Source of the DNA: Gammaproteobacteria bacterium
GTDB taxonomy: Bacteria > Pseudomonadota > Gammaproteobacteria > DSM-16500
Length of the DNA stretch: 64,000 nucleotides
Assembly (NCBI GenBank): GCA_013286215.1
Contig: JABDGC010000001.1
Location: 92,564 to 156,563 of the forward strand
Reading direction: 5' to 3'
In this document: piece after piece, positions 24,570 to 34,951 of the stretch
Numbering within the stretch: position 1 is the stretch's first letter
Layout of the letters: each line of letters begins with the position of its first letter
Position numbers and translations under genes: made by a program
The notes under the pieces: model-generated
The model's input: the letters and a program-made list of their open reading frames with translations, nothing else
What the model was told of the DNA's origin: nothing
The model's database searches: none

Positions 24570-25208
24570 ATGAAAGCCTGTAAAAAAGCCCTGCTTCTGG
24601 TTGATTTACAAAATGATTTTTGCCCCGGAGGCAGCTTGGCTGTGCCGGAGGGGGATGCCGTTGTGCCGGTGGCGAACCAGCTGCAAGAGGTCTTCGCTTT
24701 GGTGGTGGCGAGCAAAGATTGGCATCCGCGGGGTCACATTAGTTTTGCATCCTCTCATCCCGGCCATTCCATCGGCGAGGTCACGGAGGTGCATCACTTA
24801 GCTCAGGAGCTCTGGCCCGACCATTGCATCCAGGAAAGCCGCGGGGCTGAATTTCATCCCCAGCTCCGGACGGAGAAAATTCAAAAGGTAGTGTATAAGG
24901 GCAGTGATCCCGCCATTGATAGCTATAGCGCTTTTTTCGACAATGAACACCAGCGTTCCACGGGCCTGGGCGAGTATCTGCTGGTTCAGGGCGTGGAGGA
25001 TGTCTATATTATGGGCCTGGCGACGGACTACTGCGTTAAATATTCTTGCCAGGATGCGGTCAAATTGGGGTTTAAGGTTTATGTCATCGAAGACGGCTGC
25101 CGCGGCGTTAATCTCAAGCCCGGCGATGCGGTCCGTACCTTGGCTGAAATGCGCGCCGAAGGCGTTCAGGTGCTAAAGAGTGCCGATCTTGTTAAATCGA
25201 GTGGGTAA
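24570..25208 (+). CDS. pncA: nicotinamidase/pyrazinamidase PncA
   Basis: Isochorismatase-fold motifs LLLVDLQNDFCPGGSLAV, SKDWHP and the catalytic Cys in GLATDYCVKYS. Confidence 0.88.
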   Translation: MKACKKALLLVDLQNDFCPGGSLAVPEGDAVVPVANQLQEVFALVVASKDWHPRGHISFASSHPGHSIGEVTEVHHLAQELWPDHCIQESRGAEFHPQLRTEKIQKVVYKGSDPAIDSYSAFFDNEHQRSTGLGEYLLVQGVEDVYIMGLATDYCVKYSCQDAVKLGFKVYVIEDGCRGVNLKPGDAVRTLAEMRAEGVQVLKSADLVKSSG

Positions 25209-25240
25209 CTTGCTGTTGCGTTGCCCTTGTCATCCGTCAC

Positions 25241-25954
25241 TTACGATTTAACCGCATACATCAGATAGTTCACTGAAACATCCTGTGTCAGCGAAAATTT
25301 TCGCGTCGCTAATTCATAGTGCATGCCGCTTAAGTCTTTGACCGTCAACCCAGTCTGTTTAGCCTGTGCGGCCAGTTCTGAAGGTTTGATAAACTGGGCG
25401 TAATCATGGGTGTTTTTCGGCAGCAGCCTTAAAATATATTCTGCCCCGATAATGGCGAAGAGATAGGCTTTGAAAGTGCGGTTCAAGGTGGAAAAGAAAA
25501 TCTGCCCTCCGGGTTTGAGCAAGCTGGCGCAGGCCTGAATGACGCTGGCTGGATCCGGCACATGTTCCAGTAACTCCATGCACGTCACCAGATCATAACT
25601 GGCCGGGTGTTCCTCGGCCATTTTTTCCACGGTAATCCGTTGGTAGTGCAGCTGGATTTCCGGAGACTGCTCCAGTGTTTCTAGACGATGCAGTTTGGCT
25701 GCTTTTAAGGCGCCTTCACTCATATCGATACCGGTCACCTGAGCTCCTTGCAGGGCCAGACTTTCAGCTAAAATCCCGCCGCCACAGCCCACATCGAGAA
25801 TTTTTTTACCGGCCAGCTCTGCGCGTGCCTGAATATAGCCCAGGCGAAGTGGGTTGAGCTCATGCAGTGTTTTTAACTCCCCTTGTGGGTCCCACCAATG
25901 CAGGGCCAGCTCAGAGAATTTCGCGATTTCTTGTGGGTCAATATTTTGAATCAT
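25241..25954 (-). CDS. ubiG: ubiquinone biosynthesis O-methyltransferase UbiG
   Basis: 237 aa with WWD...G....LH..NP and the SAM motif ILDVGCGGGILAE. Confidence 0.9.
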   Translation of the reverse strand: MIQNIDPQEIAKFSELALHWWDPQGELKTLHELNPLRLGYIQARAELAGKKILDVGCGGGILAESLALQGAQVTGIDMSEGALKAAKLHRLETLEQSPEIQLHYQRITVEKMAEEHPASYDLVTCMELLEHVPDPASVIQACASLLKPGGQIFFSTLNRTFKAYLFAIIGAEYILRLLPKNTHDYAQFIKPSELAAQAKQTGLTVKDLSGMHYELATRKFSLTQDVSVNYLMYAVKS

Positions 25955-26041
25955 GGGAAGGTATCATACTCTTTCATATACAGCGTGACAATTGCCCTCA
26001 ATGACTGCAAAATAGGCTATTTCCGTGAAAAAGGATGGCAC

Positions 26042-28732
26042 ATGAAAGACACGAAACTGCAGACTCGGGAAACGGAAGCAGCACCGGTAAAAACCGTTTA
26101 TTTGAAGGACTATCAAGTTCCTGATTTCTTATTTGATCAAGTGGAGCTCAACTTTGACCTGGGTGAAAAAGAAACAGTCGTTCGCTCGCATATTCAGGTC
26201 CGTCGTAACCCTGAAGCCAAGGGAAGAGCAACATCCCTGGTGTTAAATGGCGAAGAGCTGGCCTTGGATTCTGTCTCGATCAACAAAATGCCTCTGGACA
26301 GCTCGGCTTATAAAGTTTCCGAAACCAGCCTGACCCTCTTTCAGGTGCCCGACCTGTTTGCGCTGGAAATCCAGGTTCGCATCAAACCGCAGGAAAATAA
26401 AGCCCTCAGCGGACTTTACCGTTCCGGCCCGCATTTCAGTACCCAATGCGAATCACAGGGCTTTCGGCGCATCACTTACTTTTTAGACCGACCCGACGTG
26501 ATGTCACGCTTTAGCACCACGATTAACGCCGATGCGGCTCGCTATCCCATACTGCTTTCCAATGGCAATCCCGTGGGTTCCGGAAAAACCAACGACGGTC
26601 GCCATTGGGTCCGTTGGGAGGATCCCTTTAAAAAACCGGGTTATCTTTTTGCCTTAGTGGCCGGTGATTTTGATTTACTGGAAGACCAGTTTAAAACCCT
26701 TTCAGGGCGGACCGTCGCTTTGCGTATTTATGTCGAAAAGGGCTACGGCGGGCAGAGCCATCATGCCATGCAAGCGGTCAAAAAGGCCATGAAGTGGGAC
26801 GAAGAAAATTACGGCAGAGAGTATGATCTCGATATTTACATGCTGGTCGGCATGTCCGATTTCAACATGGGTGCCATGGAAAACAAAGGCTTGAATATTT
26901 TCAACACTAAAGCGTTGCTGGTCTCGCCGGAGACTGCAACCGACGACGATCATATTTACGTGGAATCCGTCATTGCCCATGAATATTTTCATAACTGGAC
27001 CGGGAATCGCATCACCTGCCGGGACTGGTTTCAGCTGAGCATCAAAGAAGGTCTGACGATTTTCCGCGACCAATCCTTCACCGAAGACACAACGGCCAAA
27101 ACCGTGGCGCGTATTCGGGATGTGATCGCTTTGCGCACGCGGCAATTCCCCGAAGACGCCGGACCGCTTGCTCACCCCGTGCGGCCAGAATCCTATGAGC
27201 GCATCGATAATTTTTACACCTCCACTGTCTACAACAAGGGCGCCGAAGTGGCACGCATGCTGCGTATCATTCTAGGCCCAGAACCGTTTCGACGCGCGAT
27301 GGATTTATACTTCATGCGTTATGACGGCCAGGCGGTCACTATCGAAGAATTTGTCAAAGTGATGGAAGCGCTTTCTGGACTGGACTTAACGCAATTCCGG
27401 CTGTGGTATAGCCAGGCCGGAACACCGGTCCTCGAAGTGTCCGATGAATACGACGGCAAACAAAAAACCTATACGCTGAATTTCAAGCAAAGCTGTCCGC
27501 CGACGCCGGGACAGTCGCATAAAAAACCGATGTTTATTCCCGTCAAAATAGGTTTATTGGACCAGGCTGGCAAGGCGCTGCCCCTGGTGTTAAATGGCGC
27601 CTCGGGTTCCGAGCCCCTCCAGGAAACTGTTTTGCATATCACGAAGCCCACCGAAACAGTGGTTTTCAAAAATATAGCTGTTTCTTCTCCCATTCCTTCC
27701 CTGCTGCGCGGTTTTTCAGCGCCAGTGAAAATGAATTTTGACTACAGCGACGAAGCCTTAGCAATCTTGTTCAAGCATGACACGGACCAATTTAACCGCT
27801 GGGAAGCGGGACAAAAATATGCCGAGCGCAGCTTGCTGCGTTTGATCCAGGACTATCAGCATAAAAAGCCGCTGCGGTTGAGCGACGAGTTTATCGCGCT
27901 GTGGGAATCGGTCTTGAAAAAGTTACCGGAGGACAAATTCCTCCTCTCGCAAATGCTAACACTGCCTTCGGAGCGCTACCTGGCCGAATTACTGTCGGTG
28001 ATTGACGTTGAAGCCATTCACGCCGCGCGTGAATTCATGGCCCTGGAAGCGGCTAAAAAATTAAAAGATCTCTGGCTGCGGATTTATCAGGATTTACATG
28101 ATCCCCAAACCCCTTATGTTTATGACGTTCAGGAAGTCGGCAAGCGCCAGCTTAAAAATCTTTGCCTGTATTATTTAATGCTGTTACCCGAGCAAAGCAC
28201 GCTGGGCATGGCGCAGTTTAAGGACGCTTTGACTAAAAATATGACGGACACCTTTGGTGCCTTACGATGTTTGAGTAATCTGCCTAGTCCCTTGCGCGCC
28301 ATGGCCCTGGATCAGTTTTATTCTGCCTGGCGTCAACAGCCCCTCATCGTTGATAAATGGCTGGCTGTGCAAGCGGGGTCCAAATTGGAAACCACCCTGA
28401 CCGAGATTAAGAAGCTGATCGCTCATGAAGCCTTTGATTTCAAGAACCCCAATAAGGTCTATTCCTTAATCGGCACCTTTGCCCAGCAAAATATGTACCG
28501 CTTTCATGAGCCGCGCGGCGAGGGCTATGCCTTTTTAACGGACTGCGTCTTGCAATTAAATGAATTTAACCCTATCGTGGCGGCTCGCATGGTAAAGCCC
28601 TTGGTCGAATGGCGGCGCTTTGACCCTGAACGGCAACGGTTAATGCGGGAATACTTAGAGACCATTTTACGACAGAAGAAGCTTTCCGGAGATGTTCAAG
28701 AATTAGTGACTAAAAGTTTGCAAGAGGAGTAA
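26042..28732 (+). CDS. pepN: aminopeptidase N (M1 family)
   Basis: [11 protein letters not shown] exopeptidase motif and [11 protein letters not shown]...[11 protein letters not shown] zinc site. The start at 26042 (MKDTKLQ) is chosen because the longer ORF start at 25883 overlaps ubiG. Confidence 0.93.
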   Translation: MKDTKLQTRETEAAPVKTVYLKDYQVPDFLFDQVELNFDLGEKETVVRSHIQVRRNPEAKGRATSLVLNGEELALDSVSINKMPLDSSAYKVSETSLTLFQVPDLFALEIQVRIKPQENKALSGLYRSGPHFSTQCESQGFRRITYFLDRPDVMSRFSTTINADAARYPILLSNGNPVGSGKTNDGRHWVRWEDPFKKPGYLFALVAGDFDLLEDQFKTLSGRTVALRIYVEKGYGGQSHHAMQAVKKAMKWDEENYGREYDLDIYMLVGMSDFNMGAMENKGLNIFNTKALLVSPETATDDDHIYVESVIAHEYFHNWTGNRITCRDWFQLSIKEGLTIFRDQSFTEDTTAKTVARIRDVIALRTRQFPEDAGPLAHPVRPESYERIDNFYTSTVYNKGAEVARMLRIILGPEPFRRAMDLYFMRYDGQAVTIEEFVKVMEALSGLDLTQFRLWYSQAGTPVLEVSDEYDGKQKTYTLNFKQSCPPTPGQSHKKPMFIPVKIGLLDQAGKALPLVLNGASGSEPLQETVLHITKPTETVVFKNIAVSSPIPSLLRGFSAPVKMNFDYSDEALAILFKHDTDQFNRWEAGQKYAERSLLRLIQDYQHKKPLRLSDEFIALWESVLKKLPEDKFLLSQMLTLPSERYLAELLSVIDVEAIHAAREFMALEAAKKLKDLWLRIYQDLHDPQTPYVYDVQEVGKRQLKNLCLYYLMLLPEQSTLGMAQFKDALTKNMTDTFGALRCLSNLPSPLRAMALDQFYSAWRQQPLIVDKWLAVQAGSKLETTLTEIKKLIAHEAFDFKNPNKVYSLIGTFAQQNMYRFHEPRGEGYAFLTDCVLQLNEFNPIVAARMVKPLVEWRRFDPERQRLMREYLETILRQKKLSGDVQELVTKSLQEE

Positions 28733-28737
28733 AGCGA

Positions 28738-30132
28738 ATGACCATGACCACTCAAACCCGTCTGGAATCAGACAGCATGGGTAAAATTGAGGTTCCAGCC
28801 TCAGCTTATTGGGGCGCGCAAACCCAGCGCTCCATCTTGCATTTTGCCATCGGCAACGACACCATGCCGGCGGAGCTGATTCGCGCTTTTGCTATTCTGA
28901 AAAAGGCCGCGGCCACGGTGAATAGCCATCTCGGTTTGCTGCCTGCGGATAAAATGAAGCTGATTGCGCAGGCGGCCGACGAAATCATTGAAGGCAAGCT
29001 TGCCAATCAGTTTCCCTTGAAAGTTTGGCAGACCGGCAGCGGCACGCAAACCAATATGAATGTGAATGAGGTCATCGCCAATCGCGCCGGTGAATTAGCC
29101 GGCGGACAACTGGGCGCCAAAAGCATTATTCACCCCAATGACCATGTGAATTGCTCGCAATCATCCAATGACACCTTCCCAACCGCCATGCATATTGCCG
29201 CCGTCGAAAGCGTGGTTCATCGCCTGATTCCCGCGCTGACAGAATTGCGCGACGGTTTAGCTGAAAAGGCCCAAAAGTTTGCTCACCTTGTTAAAACCGG
29301 ACGCACACATTTGCAAGATGCTGTGCCTTTAACCCTGGGACAGGAATTTTCAGGTTATGTTGCGCAGCTGGACTTAGTCCTTCAATATCTACAAACCAAT
29401 TTGCCGGCTTTGTATCCGCTGGCCTTGGGCGGGACGGCGGTGGGAACCGGCTTGAACGCTCATCCTCAATTTGCAACGGAAGTCGCGGCGGAAATCGCCA
29501 ACTTAACCCAGTTGCCCTTTGTTTCGGCGCCCAATAAATTCGCGGCCTTGGCTTCCCATGAGCCGTTGGTGCAAGTGAGCGGCACCTTAAAAACGCTGGC
29601 CTGTGCTTTAATGAAAATCGCCAATGACCTGCGCTGGCTAGGCTCGGGCCCGCGTTGTGGCCTGGGAGAATTGATTCTGCCGGCTAATGAACCCGGCTCT
29701 TCCATCATGCCTGGCAAGGTCAATCCCACGCAATGCGAAGCCATGACCATGGTCTGCGTGCAAGTGATGGGCAATGACGCCGTCATCGGCTTTGCTGATT
29801 CGCAGGGCAATTTTGAGTTAAACGTCTTCAAGCCAGTTATTATTTTCAATTTCCTAAATTCCGTCACGCTGCTGACGGACTCCATGCGCATGTTCAACAA
29901 ATACCTGGTGAAGGACCTGGAGGCAGACGAAAAGCAAATTCGCCAATCGGTCGAAAAGTCCTTGATGCTGGTCACCTGTCTTGCACCCAAAATCGGCTAT
30001 GACAAGGCCGCTGAAATTGCCCACAAAGCCTGGCATGACGGCACCACGTTGCTGGAAGCCTGTTTGGCGCTTGGCTATCTTTCAGAGAAAGAATTTAGGG
30101 AACTCGTACGACCGGAAAAAATGGTGGGCTGA
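28738..30132 (+). CDS. fumC: class II fumarate hydratase FumC
   Basis: 464 aa with the [15 protein letters not shown] signature, TGRTHLQDA and SSNDTFPTA. Confidence 0.95.
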   Translation: MTMTTQTRLESDSMGKIEVPASAYWGAQTQRSILHFAIGNDTMPAELIRAFAILKKAAATVNSHLGLLPADKMKLIAQAADEIIEGKLANQFPLKVWQTGSGTQTNMNVNEVIANRAGELAGGQLGAKSIIHPNDHVNCSQSSNDTFPTAMHIAAVESVVHRLIPALTELRDGLAEKAQKFAHLVKTGRTHLQDAVPLTLGQEFSGYVAQLDLVLQYLQTNLPALYPLALGGTAVGTGLNAHPQFATEVAAEIANLTQLPFVSAPNKFAALASHEPLVQVSGTLKTLACALMKIANDLRWLGSGPRCGLGELILPANEPGSSIMPGKVNPTQCEAMTMVCVQVMGNDAVIGFADSQGNFELNVFKPVIIFNFLNSVTLLTDSMRMFNKYLVKDLEADEKQIRQSVEKSLMLVTCLAPKIGYDKAAEIAHKAWHDGTTLLEACLALGYLSEKEFRELVRPEKMVG

Positions 30133-30197
30133 CCGCTCCACGTCGAGGGTGTTTTTGTTGAAATAGACTCAATAGGTCGTGGTAACGAGGTACCTCT

Positions 30198-30914
30198 ATG
30201 CTTTTTAAGAAAGTTTTATTATGGCCCTTTTACTTATACTTTTACTTATGGCTGTACCTGGGCAAAAGACTTGAAAAAATCATTAAAAATAGCTGGAAGG
30301 TTTTTGTATTTAATAGAAGTGCTTCAGAGCGTTTTGTAGAGGTTTTTACGGGCTTATTGCAAGGTTGCTTTATTTTTATGGGCATTGAGGCGGGTATTTT
30401 TGGTGGTTTTTCTTATGGAGGCATGATAGGAACTCTTATTTTCCCGGGTATAGGAACAATGGTTGGAGCAGGCTTAGGTCTGCTATTGGGAATGATTGTG
30501 GGAGGAGGAATAGCCGCTTATATTGGTAAACAAATTTCAAGATTTGCAAAATTCTGTGCAGTCAAGTCGGGTGTCATCTATGCGTCCGAAGATGCGCTTG
30601 TCAGTAAAACGAACCCTGAAAAATACGGCTATAGCGCTTCCTGTATTGCTAATAATGATCTCAGAAGTAAGTTCATCGCAATGTGTAAAGAAATGAGAGC
30701 TGAAAAAAGTAAAATTTCTTCTATTTGGAGCAAGAAACAAAAAGATTATTTTAGCCAAATGGTAGATGAAGTTCTTAGTAAGCCGAATGAGTATACTCAC
30801 CATTGTTATCGAGACATTGGAAACCTGCGATTTACATTTTACCCACCACCGCCGCCTTTAAGCGTCGCTCCCAATAATTCAATTCGCTATTTTCAATTCA
30901 CTATACGCAATTGA
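30198..30914 (+). CDS. hypothetical membrane protein with a glycine-zipper-rich bilobed hydrophobic segment
   Basis: 238 aa in an AT-rich region, with SD acgagg. It has an N-terminal aromatic TM (VLLWPFYLYFYLWLYLG). A ~60-aa hydrophobic stretch follows (LLQGCFIFMGIEAGIFGGFSYGGMIGTLIFPGIGTMVGAGLGLLLGMIVGGGIAAYIG), and the tail has a PPPPP run. Confidence 0.55.
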   Translation: MLFKKVLLWPFYLYFYLWLYLGKRLEKIIKNSWKVFVFNRSASERFVEVFTGLLQGCFIFMGIEAGIFGGFSYGGMIGTLIFPGIGTMVGAGLGLLLGMIVGGGIAAYIGKQISRFAKFCAVKSGVIYASEDALVSKTNPEKYGYSASCIANNDLRSKFIAMCKEMRAEKSKISSIWSKKQKDYFSQMVDEVLSKPNEYTHHCYRDIGNLRFTFYPPPPPLSVAPNNSIRYFQFTIRN

Positions 30915-30921
30915 TGGAACT

Positions 30922-31794
30922 TCATACTGCCAAGGGTAATGGGGTTGCAGCTCTCTGAGATGTTAAATCAGCAGAATGAGGCTGTGGTGATTTAAAAAAA
31001 GCCGCCGGGTTTTTCGCTAATCGGTATAGTTGTTTTATTGAAGTGTTTGCGCAATCAAGAAGCGCTGACTGTTGTGGTGTTCGTGGCGGCTTCTGTGGAA
31101 AAGCCATCCTCAAGAGTTGAATGCCCGAACTGATCAGCGTTCCGCTGATGCCTCCTAAAATAACAGAAGCAACAGTGCTTATTCCTGTTATAGAGAGAGG
31201 GGAGATGAGAAGGAGAGACAAAGTGGATGCAATGATTGCGATGCCCAAAAAAACAAGCAACGCGCCTGTCAAGCCATATAGAAGTCGGTTGACGATAGGA
31301 GAGTATTCTTCATCAATCGTTTTTCGAAGTATTTTTAAAGATCTATCTAGTTTTTTCCCATTTTTAACGTTAGGTTTATTAATCAGCATAGTAGCAGCTT
31401 CCAAAGTTTTATTGAAAGCTAATAATTGGGCGTGTGCTGGCGTTACTTGGTAAGTTTTAATGTCTTCTTCTTTAGCTTTGTTAAAAAGATGCTGAGCTAA
31501 ATAAAGCGACTGCTTAAAAATAGCCTGATTTTCAGGGGTATTGGGATACTGAGAACAGGCCGTCTTTAACTTAATTAAGTTATTTAAGATAGAAATCCCA
31601 GCCTCAAGGATAGCATTTGTAAGATCCTCTTGCAGAATATTTATAAAATAAGACAGATTATTTTCTTCCTGCTTTTCCTCTGCAAGCAGAGAGACTGACA
31701 TGAGTTGCTTCAGCGAGTTTAAACATTCTCTATATTTTTCAATAAGGATTGCTTTAGGTTGAGGATGGTAATGAAGCATACAGTCTCCCTTCAA
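30922..31794 (-). CDS. hypothetical helical protein with a C-proximal bilobed hydrophobic hairpin
   Basis: 290 aa in an AT-rich region. The ~57-aa hydrophobic block is LLYGLTGALLVFLGIAIIASTLSLLLISPLSITGISTVASVILGGISGTLISSGIQLL. An alternative start lies at 31779. No domain recognised. Confidence 0.55.
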   Translation of the reverse strand: MKGDCMLHYHPQPKAILIEKYRECLNSLKQLMSVSLLAEEKQEENNLSYFINILQEDLTNAILEAGISILNNLIKLKTACSQYPNTPENQAIFKQSLYLAQHLFNKAKEEDIKTYQVTPAHAQLLAFNKTLEAATMLINKPNVKNGKKLDRSLKILRKTIDEEYSPIVNRLLYGLTGALLVFLGIAIIASTLSLLLISPLSITGISTVASVILGGISGTLISSGIQLLRMAFPQKPPRTPQQSALLDCANTSIKQLYRLAKNPAAFFKSPQPHSADLTSQRAATPLPLAV

Positions 31795-31953
31795 GTATTC
31801 TATTTGAATTCCTTTACTGCTTTACAATCAACGGACTTAGGATTAATAACACTACCTTACGCTATAGTTAAAATCAGACTTTCGTCTTTTATGCGAAGTA
31901 TTCAAATCAAACCTGTTGACACTGTACTAGCCGCATTTCGTCGACTAAATATT

Positions 31954-33378
31954 TTAGCACAAAACGCGCTTTCGTTTTTTACTCGACTCATTCAAACCAG
32001 CCCTATCCTCAGTCGGGTTGCCTGCCGCACTGGTAAATAAGCGATGTTTATTGGAACTTAGGGGTGCTTCTGAATCTGTTAAATGAGCTAAAATGGTCGC
32101 ACACTTTAACAATTGATCATCGAAAGAGCTGGATTCTGATTCTGTTGGGCTGCTGCTACTTGATTCAACGAGGGTCATTTTACTCGGGGAGTCAGGTGCT
32201 CCGGGTACGGGTAATGGTGCCCTCGCTAAATCACGAGCGCTGCTTGCATATAAACGATTCAAATTTGGCTTACTCTTTTGGGCGGGAGCTTGCCCTGCGG
32301 GATTGAGTGCAGAAGGCTCCACAGGGCTAGTAATCGAGCTACTGCTCGAAAGAGTGCGAGCTGCTTCTGCTGGCGGTGGAATAGGACTTAGGTATGTTGC
32401 TATCAGGCGCGGGCTCATCTCGTGTTTTGAAGGAAGTGGCAAGCTACGCCCAGCCTCTAAAAGATCTTTAAATTCTTGTCTTTTTTGCCTCACCTGCCAA
32501 TCATAAAGCCTTTGGTTCGTTATACCTGCAACCTTATTTCCATCCTGGTCAACATAGGTTGCTAACACAGCTTTAGTTCGGGGAACAAAGCGCTTTACAT
32601 AAGAATCAAGTGGAATGTGTTGTCGGGGTATAAATGCGTCTGCAGGTGCTAGCTGACCCGTAGTGGTATCATACAAGGTGCCTCTTCCATGTGATTTTTT
32701 TGCTACCCCCGCCAGGCTCTTCTTGCTACAGTCTGGGGGGAGCGGTAAGTTATTGCCTGCTGTTAAAATAGCTCTAAATTCTTTTCTTTTTTGCGCCATC
32801 TCCCAGGCGCAGCGTGTTTGGTAGCGACTTGCTAGGGGTGACTCATGCGTTATATCTGGAAGCTCATTCCCTTCCGTATCAACATAGGTCCTTGTCGATA
32901 CATTGTTATGCTTAATAAACCGACTGACATACGCGTCAAAAGTAAGGTATTGTCCGGGTTTATCCTGTCCTTTTGGTGCTATTTTACCGGTAGCAATATC
33001 ATATAATGGGGCTTGCTTGCGCTGCTTTCCTCGATCACGAGCTTTTTTAGCAGGTATGATATCTGCTGGCTTCTTTGCGGCGGCGGCCGACGGATCGCTT
33101 CCTGCGCCAGACACGAATTCGAGAGGAGATAAGCTGAAGGGCATTTTTGGCTGTGTTTTAGCGAAGAGCTTGCTTGTCTCGGATATACAGGACTCTAGGC
33201 TTTGATCCGGAACGAGGGTACTCATGCCGATAGCAGCGAGAATGACATCGAGAGGCTGCGAGTCGAAAGTAAGCGCATTGCTCGATGGCTGTAGATCTGC
33301 AGGTATTTCCAGGTCTGTAGAGGGTCTTTGGCTAAGCTGAGGGGCATTGAGTGGATCTGTTATTCTTCGATCTTGCAT
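31954..33378 (-). CDS. family-2 protein A (474 aa): 2 copies of the ~85-aa LYD-TG...YV-RF...TYVD-GN...QKRKEF module
   Basis: Modules lie at about aa 124-215 and 234-316. Linkers are S/P-rich. The C-terminal tail is NKHRLFTSAAGNPTEDRAGLNESSKKRKRVLC. A sigma70-like promoter lies upstream. Confidence 0.8.
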   Translation of the reverse strand: MQDRRITDPLNAPQLSQRPSTDLEIPADLQPSSNALTFDSQPLDVILAAIGMSTLVPDQSLESCISETSKLFAKTQPKMPFSLSPLEFVSGAGSDPSAAAAKKPADIIPAKKARDRGKQRKQAPLYDIATGKIAPKGQDKPGQYLTFDAYVSRFIKHNNVSTRTYVDTEGNELPDITHESPLASRYQTRCAWEMAQKRKEFRAILTAGNNLPLPPDCSKKSLAGVAKKSHGRGTLYDTTTGQLAPADAFIPRQHIPLDSYVKRFVPRTKAVLATYVDQDGNKVAGITNQRLYDWQVRQKRQEFKDLLEAGRSLPLPSKHEMSPRLIATYLSPIPPPAEAARTLSSSSSITSPVEPSALNPAGQAPAQKSKPNLNRLYASSARDLARAPLPVPGAPDSPSKMTLVESSSSSPTESESSSFDDQLLKCATILAHLTDSEAPLSSNKHRLFTSAAGNPTEDRAGLNESSKKRKRVLC

Positions 33379-33419
33379 TGGATACCTCGTTTAACACGCG
33401 CTTTGTTAAAAATGGCATG

Positions 33420-33449
33420 ATTATAGCGAGACGAGCTTAAGGTTGTAAA
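33420..33449 (-). promoter_or_regulatory. sigma70-type promoter of family-2 gene A
   Basis: On the sense strand: TTTACA (33449..33444), an 18-nt spacer, then TATAAT (33425..33420). The -10 box is ~42 nt upstream of the ATG. Genes B and F have the same architecture. Confidence 0.6.
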
Positions 33450-33479
33450 TATACATCACACAAGTCTTAATTGTTTATA

Positions 33480-34856
33480 TTATAAACTTACAAGCCTTCG
33501 TTTTTTATGGGAACCATTCGAATCAATCTTTGCCGCTGGCTTAGTGATACCACTCCTGTTTTTTTCAAAAAAAAGATGGGGATTCGGTTTTTTCTGTCGG
33601 ACTGGGCCTTGCCCTGATGGCGCGGGTGCAGCAGGCGGAAGGGGATCAGAAATACGACTCATACTCGTAGAAGTGCGGGTTGTTTCTCTTTCAGAAGGAA
33701 TGCAGCTTGGGCTATTTTTAAGTCTAGTCCATTTCTTCTTGAGGATAGGAGGTAAGCTTCTGCCTTTATCTAAAATATTTCTAAATGCTTTTCTTTTTTG
33801 CATCAACTGAGAACGATAGAGTGTAGTTCTTTGAGCGTCAACATAGGTCGTGAGCGATACGATACTTTTTTTGACAAACCGACTTACATAATCTTCAAAG
33901 GTAATGTCCTGTTCGGATTTAGGGGTTCCTTTAGGTGCTTCTAGACCCGTATTGATATTATATACTTTGCGTTTTGCTCTCATCGGCTTTTCAGTGCCGG
34001 AAGACAGCACACTGTCAGAAATACGGCTACTGCTCGTGGGAATCCGGGCTACACCTGCTTTAGACGCAAGGGGACTTGGGCTGGTTACGACCTTACTCTG
34101 GTTTTTCCGAGTGTGCACTGGGGGAAGCGGTAAGCGTCCGCCTTTTGCTAAAATATCGCTAAATTCTTGTTTTTTTTTCTTCTTCCGCCAATTATAGAGC
34201 GTTTGGTTCGTTATGGTATCAACCCTATTTCCTGCATCGTCAACATAGGTTGTTATTGATTCCTTATCATGCACAATAAACCGTCTTACATAAGCCTCAA
34301 GGGGAACGTATTGTCTGGCTTTAAATTTTTCTTTTGGTAATGCTGTACCGGTTGGTACTGCTATACCGGTAGCGAGATCATATAATTTACCTCTAGGATG
34401 AGCTTTTTGAGGAGATATTTTATCGACGGCCTTCGTTGCCGCGGCGTGCGCTGGCTCGCTTCCTGCCTTTGGCTGAGGCAGTTGGCTTTGTGCAGGTGAC
34501 AGAGTGGGCACGTCAGCACTTACTGCTTTCCCGGGTTCTGGGGGGTGATGAGGAGTGAAGGGACTCGTGTCGACAGCTGTGAGAGGGTGGCCGGGAGGAG
34601 GAGAGTGGAGCGCAAACTCTTTGCTTCTTGGATGTTGAGCTGTAAGTGTTTCGAAGTCTGTTGATGGTCTTTGACTAAGGTCAGGTGCATTGAGTAGAGT
34701 CGTGGGGTAGAGTGGGTTCTCGTTCACGCTTAGGAATGCCGCATCATCAGCTATGTCCAATGATACCTCATCGAAAGGCGATTGAGTCGAAGAGGGAATT
34801 GGGCTTACTGGAAGCGATAGATGTAAATTCAGATCGAGCTTTAATCGATGTTGCAT
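33480..34856 (-). CDS. family-2 protein B (458 aa): 2 modules, the second lacking the GN-V-GIT segment
   Basis: Modules lie at about aa 157-246 and 297-371. Module 1 reads KLYDLATG...YVPLEAYVRRFIVHDKESITTYVDDAGNRVDTITNQTLYNWRKKKKKQEFSDILAKGGRLPLPP. The tail is HLFFEKNRSGITKPAAKIDSNGSHKKRRLVSL. Confidence 0.8.
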   Translation of the reverse strand: MQHRLKLDLNLHLSLPVSPIPSSTQSPFDEVSLDIADDAAFLSVNENPLYPTTLLNAPDLSQRPSTDFETLTAQHPRSKEFALHSPPPGHPLTAVDTSPFTPHHPPEPGKAVSADVPTLSPAQSQLPQPKAGSEPAHAAATKAVDKISPQKAHPRGKLYDLATGIAVPTGTALPKEKFKARQYVPLEAYVRRFIVHDKESITTYVDDAGNRVDTITNQTLYNWRKKKKKQEFSDILAKGGRLPLPPVHTRKNQSKVVTSPSPLASKAGVARIPTSSSRISDSVLSSGTEKPMRAKRKVYNINTGLEAPKGTPKSEQDITFEDYVSRFVKKSIVSLTTYVDAQRTTLYRSQLMQKRKAFRNILDKGRSLPPILKKKWTRLKNSPSCIPSERETTRTSTSMSRISDPLPPAAPAPSGQGPVRQKKPNPHLFFEKNRSGITKPAAKIDSNGSHKKRRLVSL

Positions 34857-34897
34857 TAGCTACCTCTTGTCGTATTCTTTTTCATTAAAGTAGCGCC

Positions 34898-34927
34898 ATT
34901 ATAATGAGATTCACATCGGCTTGTAAA
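34898..34927 (-). promoter_or_regulatory. sigma70-type promoter of family-2 gene B
   Basis: On the sense strand: TTTACA (34927..34922), an 18-nt spacer, then TATAAT (34903..34898). Spacing to the ATG is the same as for gene A. Confidence 0.6.
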
Positions 34928-34951
34928 TATTCGGCGCTTGCGCGCTAATCT

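Noticed and set aside
25883-26041. Upstream extension of pepN overlapping ubiG, and similarly 56842..56928 for gdhB overlapping tsaB
   Set aside because: The extensions overlap conserved neighbouring genes and lack homology. The internal ATGs (26042, and 56929 with SD aggagg) give the canonical N-termini.
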